This document shows positions 8,519-17,400 of a stretch of 64,000 nucleotides of DNA, one piece after another. The position numbers and the translations under genes are program-made. The DNA is from Acinetobacter phage ZZ1, in the sequence record NC_018087.3; one strand, 5' to 3'. Every line of letters starts with the position of its first letter. The first letter of the stretch is position 1. The notes beneath the pieces were generated by a model. It saw only the letters and a list, made by a program, of their open reading frames with translations. It was not told where the DNA came from and made no database searches.

Positions 8519-8968
8519 TCAGGTAATAATATAAATTGGTTTTTGTGGTAATATCGTCTCTAAATTATCAATAGTTCGACGAATTTTTGCCATCAAGTTT
8601 TTATCAACAATTGCGTCAGGTCCAACATTAATAAAAACACGTTCGATTGTTTTAAGGGCATCAAATCCACGTAAGGAATTTGCATTTCTATAACCAGTAG
8701 AAAAAATAAAACAATCTTGGCCCAAATCAGATTTAAAATTCCGTGCTGCAGGTAAAGACTGTGCAACATAAAGATCAGTATCTTTATTAAAAATTTCTAA
8801 AATATTTTTAGTACAATTAATAGGTGTGCACACATAAATCATACGATTGTAAATGGCATCTATAGGTTTATACGTTATTGGAGTTGTGGTTGCAGCTTTC
8901 TCTTTTACCTTATGGCATGTAAGATCTAAAAATCGTTGTAACTCATTCATAACATTCCATCCAAACAT
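8519..8968 (-). CDS. hypothetical protein
   Basis: 149-aa ORF between the tRNA cluster terminator and the RF-like gene. Confidence 0.45.
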   Translation of the reverse strand: MFGWNVMNELQRFLDLTCHKVKEKAATTTPITYKPIDAIYNRMIYVCTPINCTKNILEIFNKDTDLYVAQSLPAARNFKSDLGQDCFIFSTGYRNANSLRGFDALKTIERVFINVGPDAIVDKNLMAKIRRTIDNLETILPQKPIYIIT

Positions 8969-8970
8969 AA

Positions 8971-9005
8971 TAAAAAATTGCCCAGGTTGGTAAGTTCAAC
9001 CTGGG
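8971..9005 (-). terminator. intrinsic terminator downstream of tRNA-Trp
   Basis: hairpin ccag(g)ttg-gtaagtt-caactgg followed by a T-run on the minus transcript. Confidence 0.4.
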
Positions 9006-9032
9006 TCTTACAAGTCCCTTTAGGGAACTATT

Positions 9033-9108
9033 TGGCGGCGTCGCCAAGGACTCGAACCCTGGATTGCGGATTTGGAATCCACCGTGTTTCCAACTACACT
9101 AACGACCC
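9033..9108 (-). tRNA. tRNA-Trp (anticodon CCA)
   Basis: Minus-strand cloverleaf. T arm caggg-ttcgagt-ccttg, anticodon stem gtgga/tccgc with loop ttCCAaa, D stem gtgt/acac. One mismatch in the acceptor stem. Confidence 0.6.
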
Positions 9109-9348
9109 TTAAACTGCAAATGTGCCAGCATGAAATAATCTCAAACACAATATAAAACATGTTGTCAACGCAGGAAAGCTTAATGGCATGTCACGATATA
9201 AATTGACAAGTGCATGCAAGCTGTTCTTTTTTAATTATATAGTAAGCACCAACAAATTGTGAAACGGTGGAATGAGTGAGGCAATTTGCTTTACTCAAGT
9301 ACCTATACTTACTATAGTGTATATTCGTCTTACGAGAAATATACAAAT

Positions 9349-9425
9349 TGGTCTCCGTAGAATGATTTGAACATTCGACACCTGCGTCCCAAACGCAGTG
9401 CTCTACCAGACTGAGCTATACGGAG
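9349..9425 (-). tRNA. tRNA-Pro (anticodon UGG)
   Basis: Perfect acceptor ctccgta/tacggag. Anticodon stem ctgcg/cgcag with loop ttTGGga. CCA is encoded. Confidence 0.7.
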
Positions 9426-9431
9426 TTAAAA

Positions 9432-9518
9432 TGGTGTGCCCCCTGGGATTCGAACCCAGATAGCGTTAGCGCCGGAGTTACAGTCCGGTGAGTATGGCCA
9501 ATAACTCGAACGAGACAC
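9432..9518 (-). tRNA. tRNA-Tyr (anticodon GUA), class II
   Basis: T arm ctggg-ttcgaat-cccag. Anticodon stem ccgga/tccgg with loop ctGTAac. Long variable arm. Acceptor pairs with two G-U wobbles. Confidence 0.6.
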
Positions 9519-9638
9519 ATAAATTGCCGTGAAATGTCCTTTTATACTTTCGAGCATTTCACCACTCAATAAGTAAATCTTGAAGCTTTGTTTGTTTTAC
9601 AAGAGGAAACTTCGTCCTGCTTATCAGGCAATTAAATC

Positions 9639-9733
9639 TGGCGGAAGGTGAGGGGGTCGAACCCTCAAGGCGTGTCACCACGCTCGACTGATTTCAAGTC
9701 AGCTGCCGTCGCCAGCTTTCGGCTTGACCTTCC
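9639..9733 (-). tRNA. tRNA-Ser (anticodon UGA), class II
   Basis: Perfect acceptor ggaaggt/accttcc. T arm gaggg/ccctc. Long variable arm gcgtg-tcac-cacgc. Anticodon loop ctTGAaa. Confidence 0.65.
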
Positions 9734-9800
9734 AATAAAATATTGACGACCTAAGAACCTTTACACCAATAATGGAGACTTAGGACCCTTTACATCAATT

Positions 9801-9879
9801 TGGCTCCCACCGTGAGATTCGAACTCACCTAACCTCGGATTAACAGTCCGGTCCATGCACCTAGCTCGGATTCGTGGGA
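9801..9879 (-). tRNA. tRNA-Asn (anticodon GUU)
   Basis: T arm gtgag/ctcac. Anticodon stem tcgga/tccgg with loop ctGTTaa. Acceptor has one mismatch at 7-66. Confidence 0.55.
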
Positions 9880-9886
9880 ATAATTC

Positions 9887-9962
9887 TGGTGCCGACACGA
9901 GGATTTGAACCCCGGACCCTCTGATTACAAAACAGACGCTCTACCAACTGAGCTATGACGGC
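9887..9962 (-). tRNA. tRNA-Thr (anticodon UGU)
   Basis: D stem gctc/gagc with U8 A9. Anticodon loop ttTGTaa. T arm has a G-U pair. Acceptor has one mismatch. Confidence 0.6.
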
Positions 9963-10152
9963 AAATCATTAATCAAATGAACCCGGGATACAATTTGAAT
10001 TTTGCGAGGATAAGTCGCTCATCTACCGGTATCGCCAAGATCATTTGATTAATGATCTTATACATTTATTTATACAACCCAAAAGGGCACCAGTATGACC
10101 ACTTGCCGAGAACACAGTGAGTTAAAACTCTTTATGACAAGATTAATAAAAT

Positions 10153-10220
10153 TTGATCGCTAAAACTTTGAACTTTACGAAATAAAAACTTTAATCTTTG
10201 AGATTTAAACTTTAAGCTTT
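10153..10220. repeat. three direct ~15-nt repeats wAAACTTTrAnCTTT at ~22-bp spacing
   Basis: aaaactttgaacttt, aaaactttaatcttt and taaactttaagcttt lie in the 400-bp non-coding gap between tRNA-Thr and ORF 10365..10934. Confidence 0.5.
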
Positions 10221-10364
10221 CGCAATTTTGGGATAATGTACAGTCTTCGCGCATGGGAATCTGTATCACCATCAAAGTTCTATAACCTTAGAAGTTAGCC
10301 GATTTTAGGATGCATCGGCTAGAACCCTCTACAGTTTTTGATCATACTGATTTTATTTAAAACA

Positions 10365-10934
10365 TTAATCTAAAACAATTAATGGATTATTTTCTGTTAA
10401 AATTGCGTCGAATTCAAGCTCGAAGAAATCTATTGTCTTTTTAATTTCATCGAGTTCTTCTTGTATGTCCAGAATTGTAGGTTTTTCTCGTTTTTCCAAC
10501 AATGTCTTGAACTCGGCGTCATCTGATGGAGTTTTGAGCATCTTAGCATCAAACTCACGTTCAACTTGAACAAACAGTGAACGATTTGCAGCTAAATCTT
10601 TTTGCATTTTAGCATATAAGGCTTTAAGCTGAGGTAAAACATGAGTACGATATGTTAACGCATCATTAATACTCATTTCCATGTTGCCAATTTGAATTGT
10701 ATGTTTTGCATTGGCTCGATTAATTGCACAGCGCAATTTAAATTCTTCAGCTAAGCGATCTTTAAATGATTGAATATTACGACGACTTCCTTCAGAAAAT
10801 TCTTTAACCGGTCGTGCTGTTGAAATTTCAACTCCATTACGGAATACACCAGAAAATGCTGCATCACGAAGATCTGAAGTGAATGATACTTTATTGCGTT
10901 TTAACGTAACTAAACCACGAGCGATTGTAGTCAT
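10365..10934 (-). CDS. hypothetical protein
   Basis: 189-aa ORF inside the tRNA region. Confidence 0.45.
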   Translation of the reverse strand: MTTIARGLVTLKRNKVSFTSDLRDAAFSGVFRNGVEISTARPVKEFSEGSRRNIQSFKDRLAEEFKLRCAINRANAKHTIQIGNMEMSINDALTYRTHVLPQLKALYAKMQKDLAANRSLFVQVEREFDAKMLKTPSDDAEFKTLLEKREKPTILDIQEELDEIKKTIDFFELEFDAILTENNPLIVLD

Positions 10935-11155
10935 AATAAATTCCTCTATTCAAAATAAACTTTATGTGATCATTATATCATTAAATTATGAAAAGCAACT
11001 TAATTACTAATCATGTCCAACTTTTTTATTACATAATATACAAGTAGATTCTTTAGAATAATAACCCATATCATTTAACATTCTAGCTGTATATGAATCA
11101 TTATCTTTAGTTACTTGATAATAATGTTTGCAAAATAACTGTTTGAAGAACTTAA

Positions 11156-11398
11156 TCATTTAAGACGCACCTTGGCTTCAAAAACAAATCTGTATTCATC
11201 ATCCGTCAAAACTTTGGCTCGTTCATAAGAAGTTGCCATTCTTAAAACGGCACCAGTATATGATACAATTGCAAAAACACAATTTTTAGAATCTTTATTG
11301 GCAATTTCACCAACTTTAAATCTAAATTTTTTATACGTATATTTATTATCATACGTACATAAAAATTGTGCTAAATTTTTAGAAAATGTAAATCTCAT
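11156..11398 (-). CDS. hypothetical protein
   Basis: 80-aa ORF. A further ~50-aa minus ORF (11007..11159, TAG stop) overlaps its stop as ATGA. Confidence 0.4.
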   Translation of the reverse strand: MRFTFSKNLAQFLCTYDNKYTYKKFRFKVGEIANKDSKNCVFAIVSYTGAVLRMATSYERAKVLTDDEYRFVFEAKVRLK

Positions 11399-11676
11399 TA
11401 ATTTACCATCTTCATTTAAAATTCCATAAATTGAACGGCTTGATGTTTTATCAATGCACTTGCGACAAATCTATTTATTCATGGTAAACCTCATCAATTA
11501 AGGGTTAAAAGAAATAAAGGAGGTTTTTCATTCAAGGACCTCATACCTTTGCCAATGAGAGGGCATGCTAAGCAGTGGTCACATCTCAGGCTATGAATTT
11601 GGTGGATACCGGGAGTGCTTGCACCTCCAATCAACTACGTTGTCCGCTGCTTTACTATTTAAGCTAACAGTACCCA

Positions 11677-11753
11677 TGGAGACGCCGGATGGATTCGAAC
11701 CCTCATCGACGCGGATTTGCAATCCGCCGCATAACCAATTCTGCCACGACGTC
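11677..11753 (-). tRNA. tRNA-Cys (anticodon GCA)
   Basis: Anticodon stem gcgga/tccgc with loop ttGCAaa. Acceptor gacgtcg pairs with one G-U. One mismatch each in the T and D stems. Confidence 0.55.
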
Positions 11754-11944
11754 ATAAAATTTATTAAATGCAAGCAACTTCCTCAGTTTCCCCTGGCTAC
11801 CACACCAGTGCATTAAAGTTTCATTTATCTAGCATGACAGTCCCTGCAGTGACCAACATATTCAATAAAATTATTCAAAACTACATTTTCGGGAGCGACC
11901 CTATTCACTTCGTTTTTATATGCTATACTTGCTCTAATAAATCT

Positions 11945-12021
<77 letters not shown>

Positions 12022-12026
12022 AAAAA

Positions 12027-12102
12027 TGGTCCGCCTGACAGGATTCGAACCTGTGTGAGTCGCAATAGAACTACGATGCCTAATCCATTCGGCCACAGAC
12101 GG
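12027..12102 (-). tRNA. tRNA-Arg (anticodon UCU)
   Basis: T arm acagg/cctgt. Anticodon stem tcgta/tgcga with loop gtTCTat. Confidence 0.6.
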
Positions 12103-12195
12103 ATGTTTGGTGGAAAAGACAAGAATTGCACTTGCATATCCAGGAGTTATTAAGTTCCCGGGCGTTCACTTTGTTTCGCCACTTTCCCATAAATT

Positions 12196-12269
12196 TGGTC
12201 GTTCAGGACGGATTCGAACCGTCACACAGAGTTTTAGGGACTCCTGGTCTACCGTTAACCTACTGAACG
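12196..12269 (-). tRNA. tRNA with anticodon CUA (candidate amber suppressor; C at position 33)
   Basis: Sense strand cgttcag-ta-ggtt-aacggta-gacc-a-ggagt-ccCTAaa-actct-gtgt-gacgg-ttcgaat-ccgtc-ctgaacg-a-cca. Perfect acceptor and T stems. The 7-nt anticodon loop ccctaaa places CUA at positions 34-36. Confidence 0.5.
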
Positions 12270-12465
12270 AAACCCGCTAAAATAAAGCGGGAGTTGATCA
12301 AGTTACGCATTATCAAGAGGCTATTGATCCATGAAAATAAAATTACTTGACCATCCTGGCAGATTTGTTGGAATTCCACCAACTATCTCCATCATATCTA
12401 AGATGGCATTCTAATCTTGAACTATAATCCACTAGGTCAAAGTAACTTTTAAATGATAACGAATA

Positions 12466-12557
12466 TTGATGGGACTCGAACCACATATCAACCGGGTTTA
12501 ACAGGCCGGTTATGCTCCAGTATCAGGCGCAAGCTTAACCAATTAGCTACTAATTCA
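12466..12557 (-). ncRNA. aberrant tRNA-like element (good D and T arms, disrupted anticodon and acceptor)
   Basis: D arm agct-aattggtta-agct. T arm with a bulged U (atg(t)gg-ttcgagt-cccat). No clean anticodon stem. An extra hairpin aaccgg-N10-ccggtt is present. Confidence 0.3.
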
Positions 12558-12566
12558 TTATCATTT

Positions 12567-12599
12567 AAAAGTTACCTCTTAATTGAGGTAACTGAGGTA
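12567..12599 (-). terminator. hairpin terminator downstream of gene 12602..12859
   Basis: 9-bp stem agttacctc/gaggtaact with loop ttaatt. Confidence 0.4.
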
Positions 12600-12601
12600 A
12601 T

Positions 12602-12859
12602 TTAAGCAGTTGCTTCAACTAAACCTAATTTAACAGCGTTTTCATAATCTACCATTTCAATTGCATCCATGATAGTGTCAAAATCTTCATTGACAGCAGT
12701 TTGAATAATATCGCCATTACGTGCTTCAAATGTTACCGCTACTACACCGTTTTCATATTGAACTAGGCCGCGGATTTTAGCTGCATCAAGAGCAAAACGT
12801 GCAATATTAGTAGCTTGTGGTACGTCTTTACGAACAGATAAAGAAATGCGAGTTGCCAT
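12602..12859 (-). CDS. hypothetical protein
   Basis: 85-aa ORF. Confidence 0.45.
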   Translation of the reverse strand: MATRISLSVRKDVPQATNIARFALDAAKIRGLVQYENGVVAVTFEARNGDIIQTAVNEDFDTIMDAIEMVDYENAVKLGLVEATA

Positions 12860-12894
12860 GATGTTTTCCTTTAAGGTTTAATTTACAAAAATAT

Positions 12895-13116
12895 TTATAC
12901 AGCAGTTTTTCTATTTTGACGAAAATCAATAATAGAAGAAATAAATGCAAAAATCATTGAGATGCCAATAAATTTCAATGAAGTAAATCCCATTGTTTTA
13001 ATTTCAGCATTTGTCATAAAAATACCAAAAATAGCCGTTGCTAATGCAACTAACATACCTACAGCAAAAATGCTATAACCTACTTTGTTAAAGAACTCTA
13101 CAGATTTGGTTTTCAT
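12895..13116 (-). CDS. small membrane protein
   Basis: 73 aa with two hydrophobic helices. Confidence 0.4.
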   Translation of the reverse strand: MKTKSVEFFNKVGYSIFAVGMLVALATAIFGIFMTNAEIKTMGFTSLKFIGISMIFAFISSIIDFRQNRKTAV

Positions 13117-13204
13117 AACAATTTACTCAATGTTTGTTAACTTGATAAAATCATAATATCACACTTTTTTGAAAAGCGTTAATACTTTTTTTAAAAATTT
13201 TAAA

Positions 13205-13660
13205 TTATTTTTCAGGAGACCAATCTAAATCTAAATCCTCAACATATTCATGCGTGGCGCCGATTGAAATTTTAAACTCCAATTTAGGCTTTGCCATCGC
13301 CCCAATATCATATGCTAATGTAATATGAGGTTGATAATCCGGAAAATCATAAGTTGCACCCAATGCTTGTGCATATGCAAAACGAGAGTGCAAATAAGGT
13401 GAATCTAGTAATAACACAAGGGCTCGTTTGCCGTTATGTTCAAATATTTCAAAGTCTTTAGCATATGCAATAATACCAAGATTGTCCATTGGTTTAAATG
13501 GAACAAACACACGAGAATAGCATATTGTAGAATGTAATTTATCGCGAGGTGTTGCATCAAATAACTTTAATTTATCTTGTAAATCGCATAAAGCATCTAA
13601 TGTGTCATTACTAAATTTGACCGCAGCATATGTACCACGGTCAAGTTGACTAAATTTCAT
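13205..13660 (-). CDS. 57B: 2H phosphoesterase-family protein (two H-x-T/S motifs), at the T4 57B position
   Basis: KLHSTICYS and QPHITLAYD motifs lie ~70 aa apart in a 151-aa protein. Synteny places it immediately upstream of 57A and gene 1. Confidence 0.5.
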   Translation of the reverse strand: MKFSQLDRGTYAAVKFSNDTLDALCDLQDKLKLFDATPRDKLHSTICYSRVFVPFKPMDNLGIIAYAKDFEIFEHNGKRALVLLLDSPYLHSRFAYAQALGATYDFPDYQPHITLAYDIGAMAKPKLEFKISIGATHEYVEDLDLDWSPEK

Positions 13661-13959
13661 TATTCTTGAACTAAGTTTACATCAACTTCTTCAGGAATGC
13701 CTTCTACTGCACCTTCCAAAGCAAGATTTTCGTTATCAGCTACAAGAGCTTTAACAGTTTCAACAACATCAGCTAATGTAACATGACCTTCTTCATTGCC
13801 TTGAATTTGTGCAATATTAACAATTTCTTGAATTGTACCAGAAAGTTCTTGTACTTGGCCCTGCGCTTGACGTAAAAGTTCATTTACATCAAATAATTGT
13901 GCCTTTAAAAGAATAACTTGTTGTTCTGCAGTTGGTTGTTGCTGTGCTTGTTGAGTCAT
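13660..13959 (-). CDS. 57A: gp57A-like tail-fiber assembly chaperone (coiled coil)
   Basis: 99 aa, Gln/Glu-rich heptad sequence, positioned upstream of gene 1. Confidence 0.5.
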   Translation of the reverse strand: MTQQAQQQPTAEQQVILLKAQLFDVNELLRQAQGQVQELSGTIQEIVNIAQIQGNEEGHVTLADVVETVKALVADNENLALEGAVEGIPEEVDVNLVQE

Positions 13960-13973
13960 TTTATTACCTCTAA

Positions 13974-14675
13974 TTAAATGTGTGCCAAAACGGCTTTTGT
14001 TAAATCTTCAATAGTACCATTATTTTTGATAACAGGTTCATGTGGAAGTTTATTAATTCCAGCTTCAGAAACATGTTCATCTTGATCTGTATTTAGTGTA
14101 TCACGTTCAATATGAAGAATTATTGCACCTAGATTACGAACTAAATTTGCTTCATGAGGATGACGAATATCAGTAATGATAAAAACATCTTTACCTTTAA
14201 CAAGCTGATCAAAATAAGCTTGCATCATACATCTTGACCAAAATTCACGATCAATTAATGATACAACAACATCAGTACCTAATGTTTGCATTAATCTACG
14301 AATAGACCAACTTTTACGATTACCCATTATTAATGTTGCTATTTCATTATCAATACGGGATGTCTCGCGGGTTGGAATATGCAAATTATATGTCTTGACT
14401 AAAAATTCAAGAGACTTAATAATAAGATTGTGTACATCATCATTTGAAAGTAAAAGAGGACTTTCACGATCAAAATCAGTCTCACCATTAAAGTCTGCGA
14501 ATGTTAATTTTACACCACTTTTTTCGAAAAGCGCCAATTTTTCATAAGAAATATCAAGAGCTTCTTTAATAGGATAGGCTAATGCATATTTAATTGCATT
14601 GCGATGTTCACAAATAATATCGGCCGTAGTATCTTTGCCTGAACGTTTCTTTCCGGAGATAGTTACAATACGCAT
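13974..14675 (-). CDS. 1: deoxynucleoside monophosphate kinase gp1
   Basis: P-loop GKKRSGKDT at the N-terminus. 233 aa versus 241 aa in T4. Synteny supports the call. Confidence 0.7.
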   Translation of the reverse strand: MRIVTISGKKRSGKDTTADIICEHRNAIKYALAYPIKEALDISYEKLALFEKSGVKLTFADFNGETDFDRESPLLLSNDDVHNLIIKSLEFLVKTYNLHIPTRETSRIDNEIATLIMGNRKSWSIRRLMQTLGTDVVVSLIDREFWSRCMMQAYFDQLVKGKDVFIITDIRHPHEANLVRNLGAIILHIERDTLNTDQDEHVSEAGINKLPHEPVIKNNGTIEDLTKAVLAHI

Positions 14676-14700
14676 TTCATATTATCCTCACAAGTGTATA

Positions 14701-15267
14701 TTATTTCGGAGATTTCCCCTTAATTAATTTATCAGAGATGCTTTCTCTTGTCTCTATAATAACACCGTTTTTTTCAATAGCGAAATGACTATAGTGAAAA
14801 GTGACATTTAGGTTAATAGCTGGGTCGCCGTCATCAGTGAATGAATATTCAAGATCACCCATCATAGATGGCCATGCATTATAATAATGTACAGACATTA
14901 CAGTTTTTGTCTTATCATTATTAAGAATGTGTAATGTAATAAATGGCGGTAGAACACCTGGTTCCCATCCATTACTTTCTTGGGTCATATAATTATTTAA
15001 AGCCAACATCCACTTATAAATGTCGAGCCATGCATCTAAATTTTCATCTACTAATACACGACAAACTAAAGGTTCAAATTCAAATGTTGAACCGGGTCTG
15101 TTGGCTCGGCCAACGCCGCGAGGGCCTAATGATGTATTAGTTACTGGAATTGAGATACCTGGAATTAAAGCTGTTTGTACATTTAATTTAAAAGCTTCTG
15201 TAATATTTGCATCAGGAACATCCAATGCAAAGTTAGTTATATTAGTTTGATTAAAAAACGCGCTCAA
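14701..15267 (-). CDS. 3: gp3 tail completion / sheath stabiliser (TTG start)
   Basis: 188 aa. Synteny 1-3-2-4. RBS AGGAG lies upstream of the TTG start. Confidence 0.6.
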   Translation of the reverse strand: MSAFFNQTNITNFALDVPDANITEAFKLNVQTALIPGISIPVTNTSLGPRGVGRANRPGSTFEFEPLVCRVLVDENLDAWLDIYKWMLALNNYMTQESNGWEPGVLPPFITLHILNNDKTKTVMSVHYYNAWPSMMGDLEYSFTDDGDPAINLNVTFHYSHFAIEKNGVIIETRESISDKLIKGKSPK

Positions 15268-15346
15268 GAGGGGCTCCTGGTTAAAAAATAACCATTTGAA
15301 ACTGTATTTCTAACGCTTTACAAATTTCAAATGGTATAATGGGTTT

Positions 15347-15369
15347 ATCCCCTATCCCCTACCCCCTAT
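15347..15369. repeat. (ATCCCCT)x3 C-rich tandem repeat in the gp2-gp3 intergenic region
   Basis: tatcccctatcccctaccccctatg reads GGGGGTAGGGGATAGGGGATA on the minus strand, the transcribed strand. Confidence 0.6.
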
Positions 15370-15436
15370 GCTTTTCGGTCGGGAGAGATATAGGAGCTTT
15401 ATCTAATGTATCTAATATATTTTAATAATTAATATA

Positions 15437-16285
15437 TTATGATCTATTCGACCATACTCTTTGAGAGCTGAATCGTTTACCTTTCGACATAAATTGTTGA
15501 AGTGGCATTAATACTACATTAGCCCAATCGGTTGTTTTAATTTCAACAAATCGACCTTTTACATGTGAAGGCAAATATGCCTTAATCATTTTATCTGCGC
15601 CATTAAAACCTTTTACTTTAGACCAGTCAATCTTTAATTTTGTACTATTGGTTAAAGTTGATGTACTTGAATACTGTTTAAGTAAATCTTCTAAAAATTG
15701 TTGTCGAGCTTTTGGTGGAATATAATGTAAGTTTAAACCATGAAATAAAGTCGTTCCAGCTACTGATGATTTTGATGTACCTAGAAAAATAATTAAAGGA
15801 TACTTATCCCAATACGGCAACGTTTCTTTATGTTTAGCATCATAAATGAAAGCATAAATTTTACCAGGTTGTGGCTTGACCACTTGGTGTCCGCGGACAC
15901 CTTTACTTAATGTTTCTTTAAACCATTTTTCAGATTTATTGTTAATGGCCGCGCCGGCATCAGCAATTCTTGTTCGTAACGATTGTCTAAAGCTATTAAT
16001 AATAACTGCTTCACGTTCTCTTTTAGTTAGTTTATTTGATGGTTTAGATTTAGCTTGCTCGGCTTCCCATGCTAACTCTATTTGATTTTTATATCTAAGC
16101 ATACTACGAGTAAATGTATTATAAGTAATACCTCGTTCTTCGGCAAACTTTTTAGCAGTTGAGCCTTTTGCTTTTGCTTTATACCAATCTACGCCAATAT
16201 TAACCCAAGCTTGTTCTTGCCTAGTTATTTTAGGCTGAAACTTACTTTTTGCTGGTGCAGCTTCTTCTATTTGAAATATTGACAT
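15437..16285 (-). CDS. 2: gp2 DNA end protector
   Basis: 282 aa versus 274 aa in T4. Synteny supports the call. Confidence 0.6.
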   Translation of the reverse strand: MSIFQIEEAAPAKSKFQPKITRQEQAWVNIGVDWYKAKAKGSTAKKFAEERGITYNTFTRSMLRYKNQIELAWEAEQAKSKPSNKLTKREREAVIINSFRQSLRTRIADAGAAINNKSEKWFKETLSKGVRGHQVVKPQPGKIYAFIYDAKHKETLPYWDKYPLIIFLGTSKSSVAGTTLFHGLNLHYIPPKARQQFLEDLLKQYSSTSTLTNSTKLKIDWSKVKGFNGADKMIKAYLPSHVKGRFVEIKTTDWANVVLMPLQQFMSKGKRFSSQRVWSNRS

Positions 16286-16297
16286 ATCTAAACAACC

Positions 16298-16747
16298 TTA
16301 AATTTTCATGCCCATCTTACGTAGACCAACTTCAGTTAAAACTCTAAAGGTCACACCTCTTTTTTCAGCCAATTGCTGTGCGGCCTCCCATTTATTGCAG
16401 TTCACATTCCAAGTATAAATTTCTTTTTGAAATCTTTTCTTAGCTGCTGTTGTGAGTTGCGCAGGTGGAACAGGTTCCACTGTTTCCTTTTTTGGCTTAA
16501 CTTCAACAAAAAATTCTTTTCCGCCTTCAATTTTAAACCAAAAGTCCATAAAATATCGTCTTTTACGACCATCCATTTGTGAAAAATAAGGTATTACAAC
16601 CTCTTCACTACTCCATGCAATAACTTTATCATTATTGTCTAGCCAGTCCATATAGAACTTTTCCCATGTAGATCGATATTGAATTTTATCAATTTTACCT
16701 CGATATTTATTTTTATTTTTTGGTATAAATCGGCCAGAATATGCCAT
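16298..16747 (-). CDS. 4: gp4 head completion protein
   Basis: 149 aa versus 150 aa in T4. Synteny supports the call. Confidence 0.6.
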   Translation of the reverse strand: MAYSGRFIPKNKNKYRGKIDKIQYRSTWEKFYMDWLDNNDKVIAWSSEEVVIPYFSQMDGRKRRYFMDFWFKIEGGKEFFVEVKPKKETVEPVPPAQLTTAAKKRFQKEIYTWNVNCNKWEAAQQLAEKRGVTFRVLTEVGLRKMGMKI

Positions 16748-16764
16748 ACTTTGTACCTCATTAT

Positions 16765-16772
16765 TATAAATA
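16765..16772 (+). promoter_or_regulatory. late promoter TATAAATA for gene 53
   Basis: exact TATAAATA 35 bp upstream of the gp53 ATG. Confidence 0.55.
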
Positions 16773-16788
16773 CATATATTAAATTATT

Positions 16789-16796
16789 TATAAATG
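16789..16796 (-). promoter_or_regulatory. late promoter TATAAATA (minus strand) for gene 4
   Basis: plus-strand TATTTATA, 42 bp upstream of the gp4 start, divergent from the gp53 promoter. Confidence 0.5.
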
Positions 16797-16806
16797 GGAG
16801 AACACT

Positions 16807-17400
16807 ATGATTAATTCATTTTATGACCCAGTTGCATACTCGGCCAAAACGGTTAATGTGAATGCTCCTGAACGTCTAATGACAAATATATTTAAAACTT
16901 ATACTTCATATTTTAAAAAAGTTGCAGCAAATTATAATTTGATTACATACTATATTCAAGGGGCTCCTCGCCCAGAAGCATTATCGTATGAACTTTATAA
17001 TAATACCCAATTATATTGGGCTTTAACTATGGCCAATGATGTTTATGACCCATTTCACGATTGGATTAAATCTCAAGAAGCCTGTTATCAATCAGTTGCA
17101 CAAATTTATGATAATCCTGAAAGTGTTATTGTTTATCATGTTGATATAAAAGGTGAGCGATATTATAATTTAATACAATATGATGATGAACCTGGCGTTT
17201 GGTACGATAAGGGTGATAAGAATAGAAGTTATCCACAATATAAGGGTGCATTAGCTGCAGTTAATGCGTATGAAGACGCGTTATCAGAAAATGAGAAAAA
17301 ACGAGAAATTAAAATTATTGCACCAACAGATATAGATAATTTTATTTCAGATTTAATTAAAGAAATGGAGCGTAATTTGCATGAGACTACAGTCGGATGA
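16807..17400 (+). CDS. 53: gp53 baseplate wedge protein
   Basis: 197 aa versus 196 aa in T4. Synteny supports the call. Confidence 0.65.
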   Translation: MINSFYDPVAYSAKTVNVNAPERLMTNIFKTYTSYFKKVAANYNLITYYIQGAPRPEALSYELYNNTQLYWALTMANDVYDPFHDWIKSQEACYQSVAQIYDNPESVIVYHVDIKGERYYNLIQYDDEPGVWYDKGDKNRSYPQYKGALAAVNAYEDALSENEKKREIKIIAPTDIDNFISDLIKEMERNLHETTVG

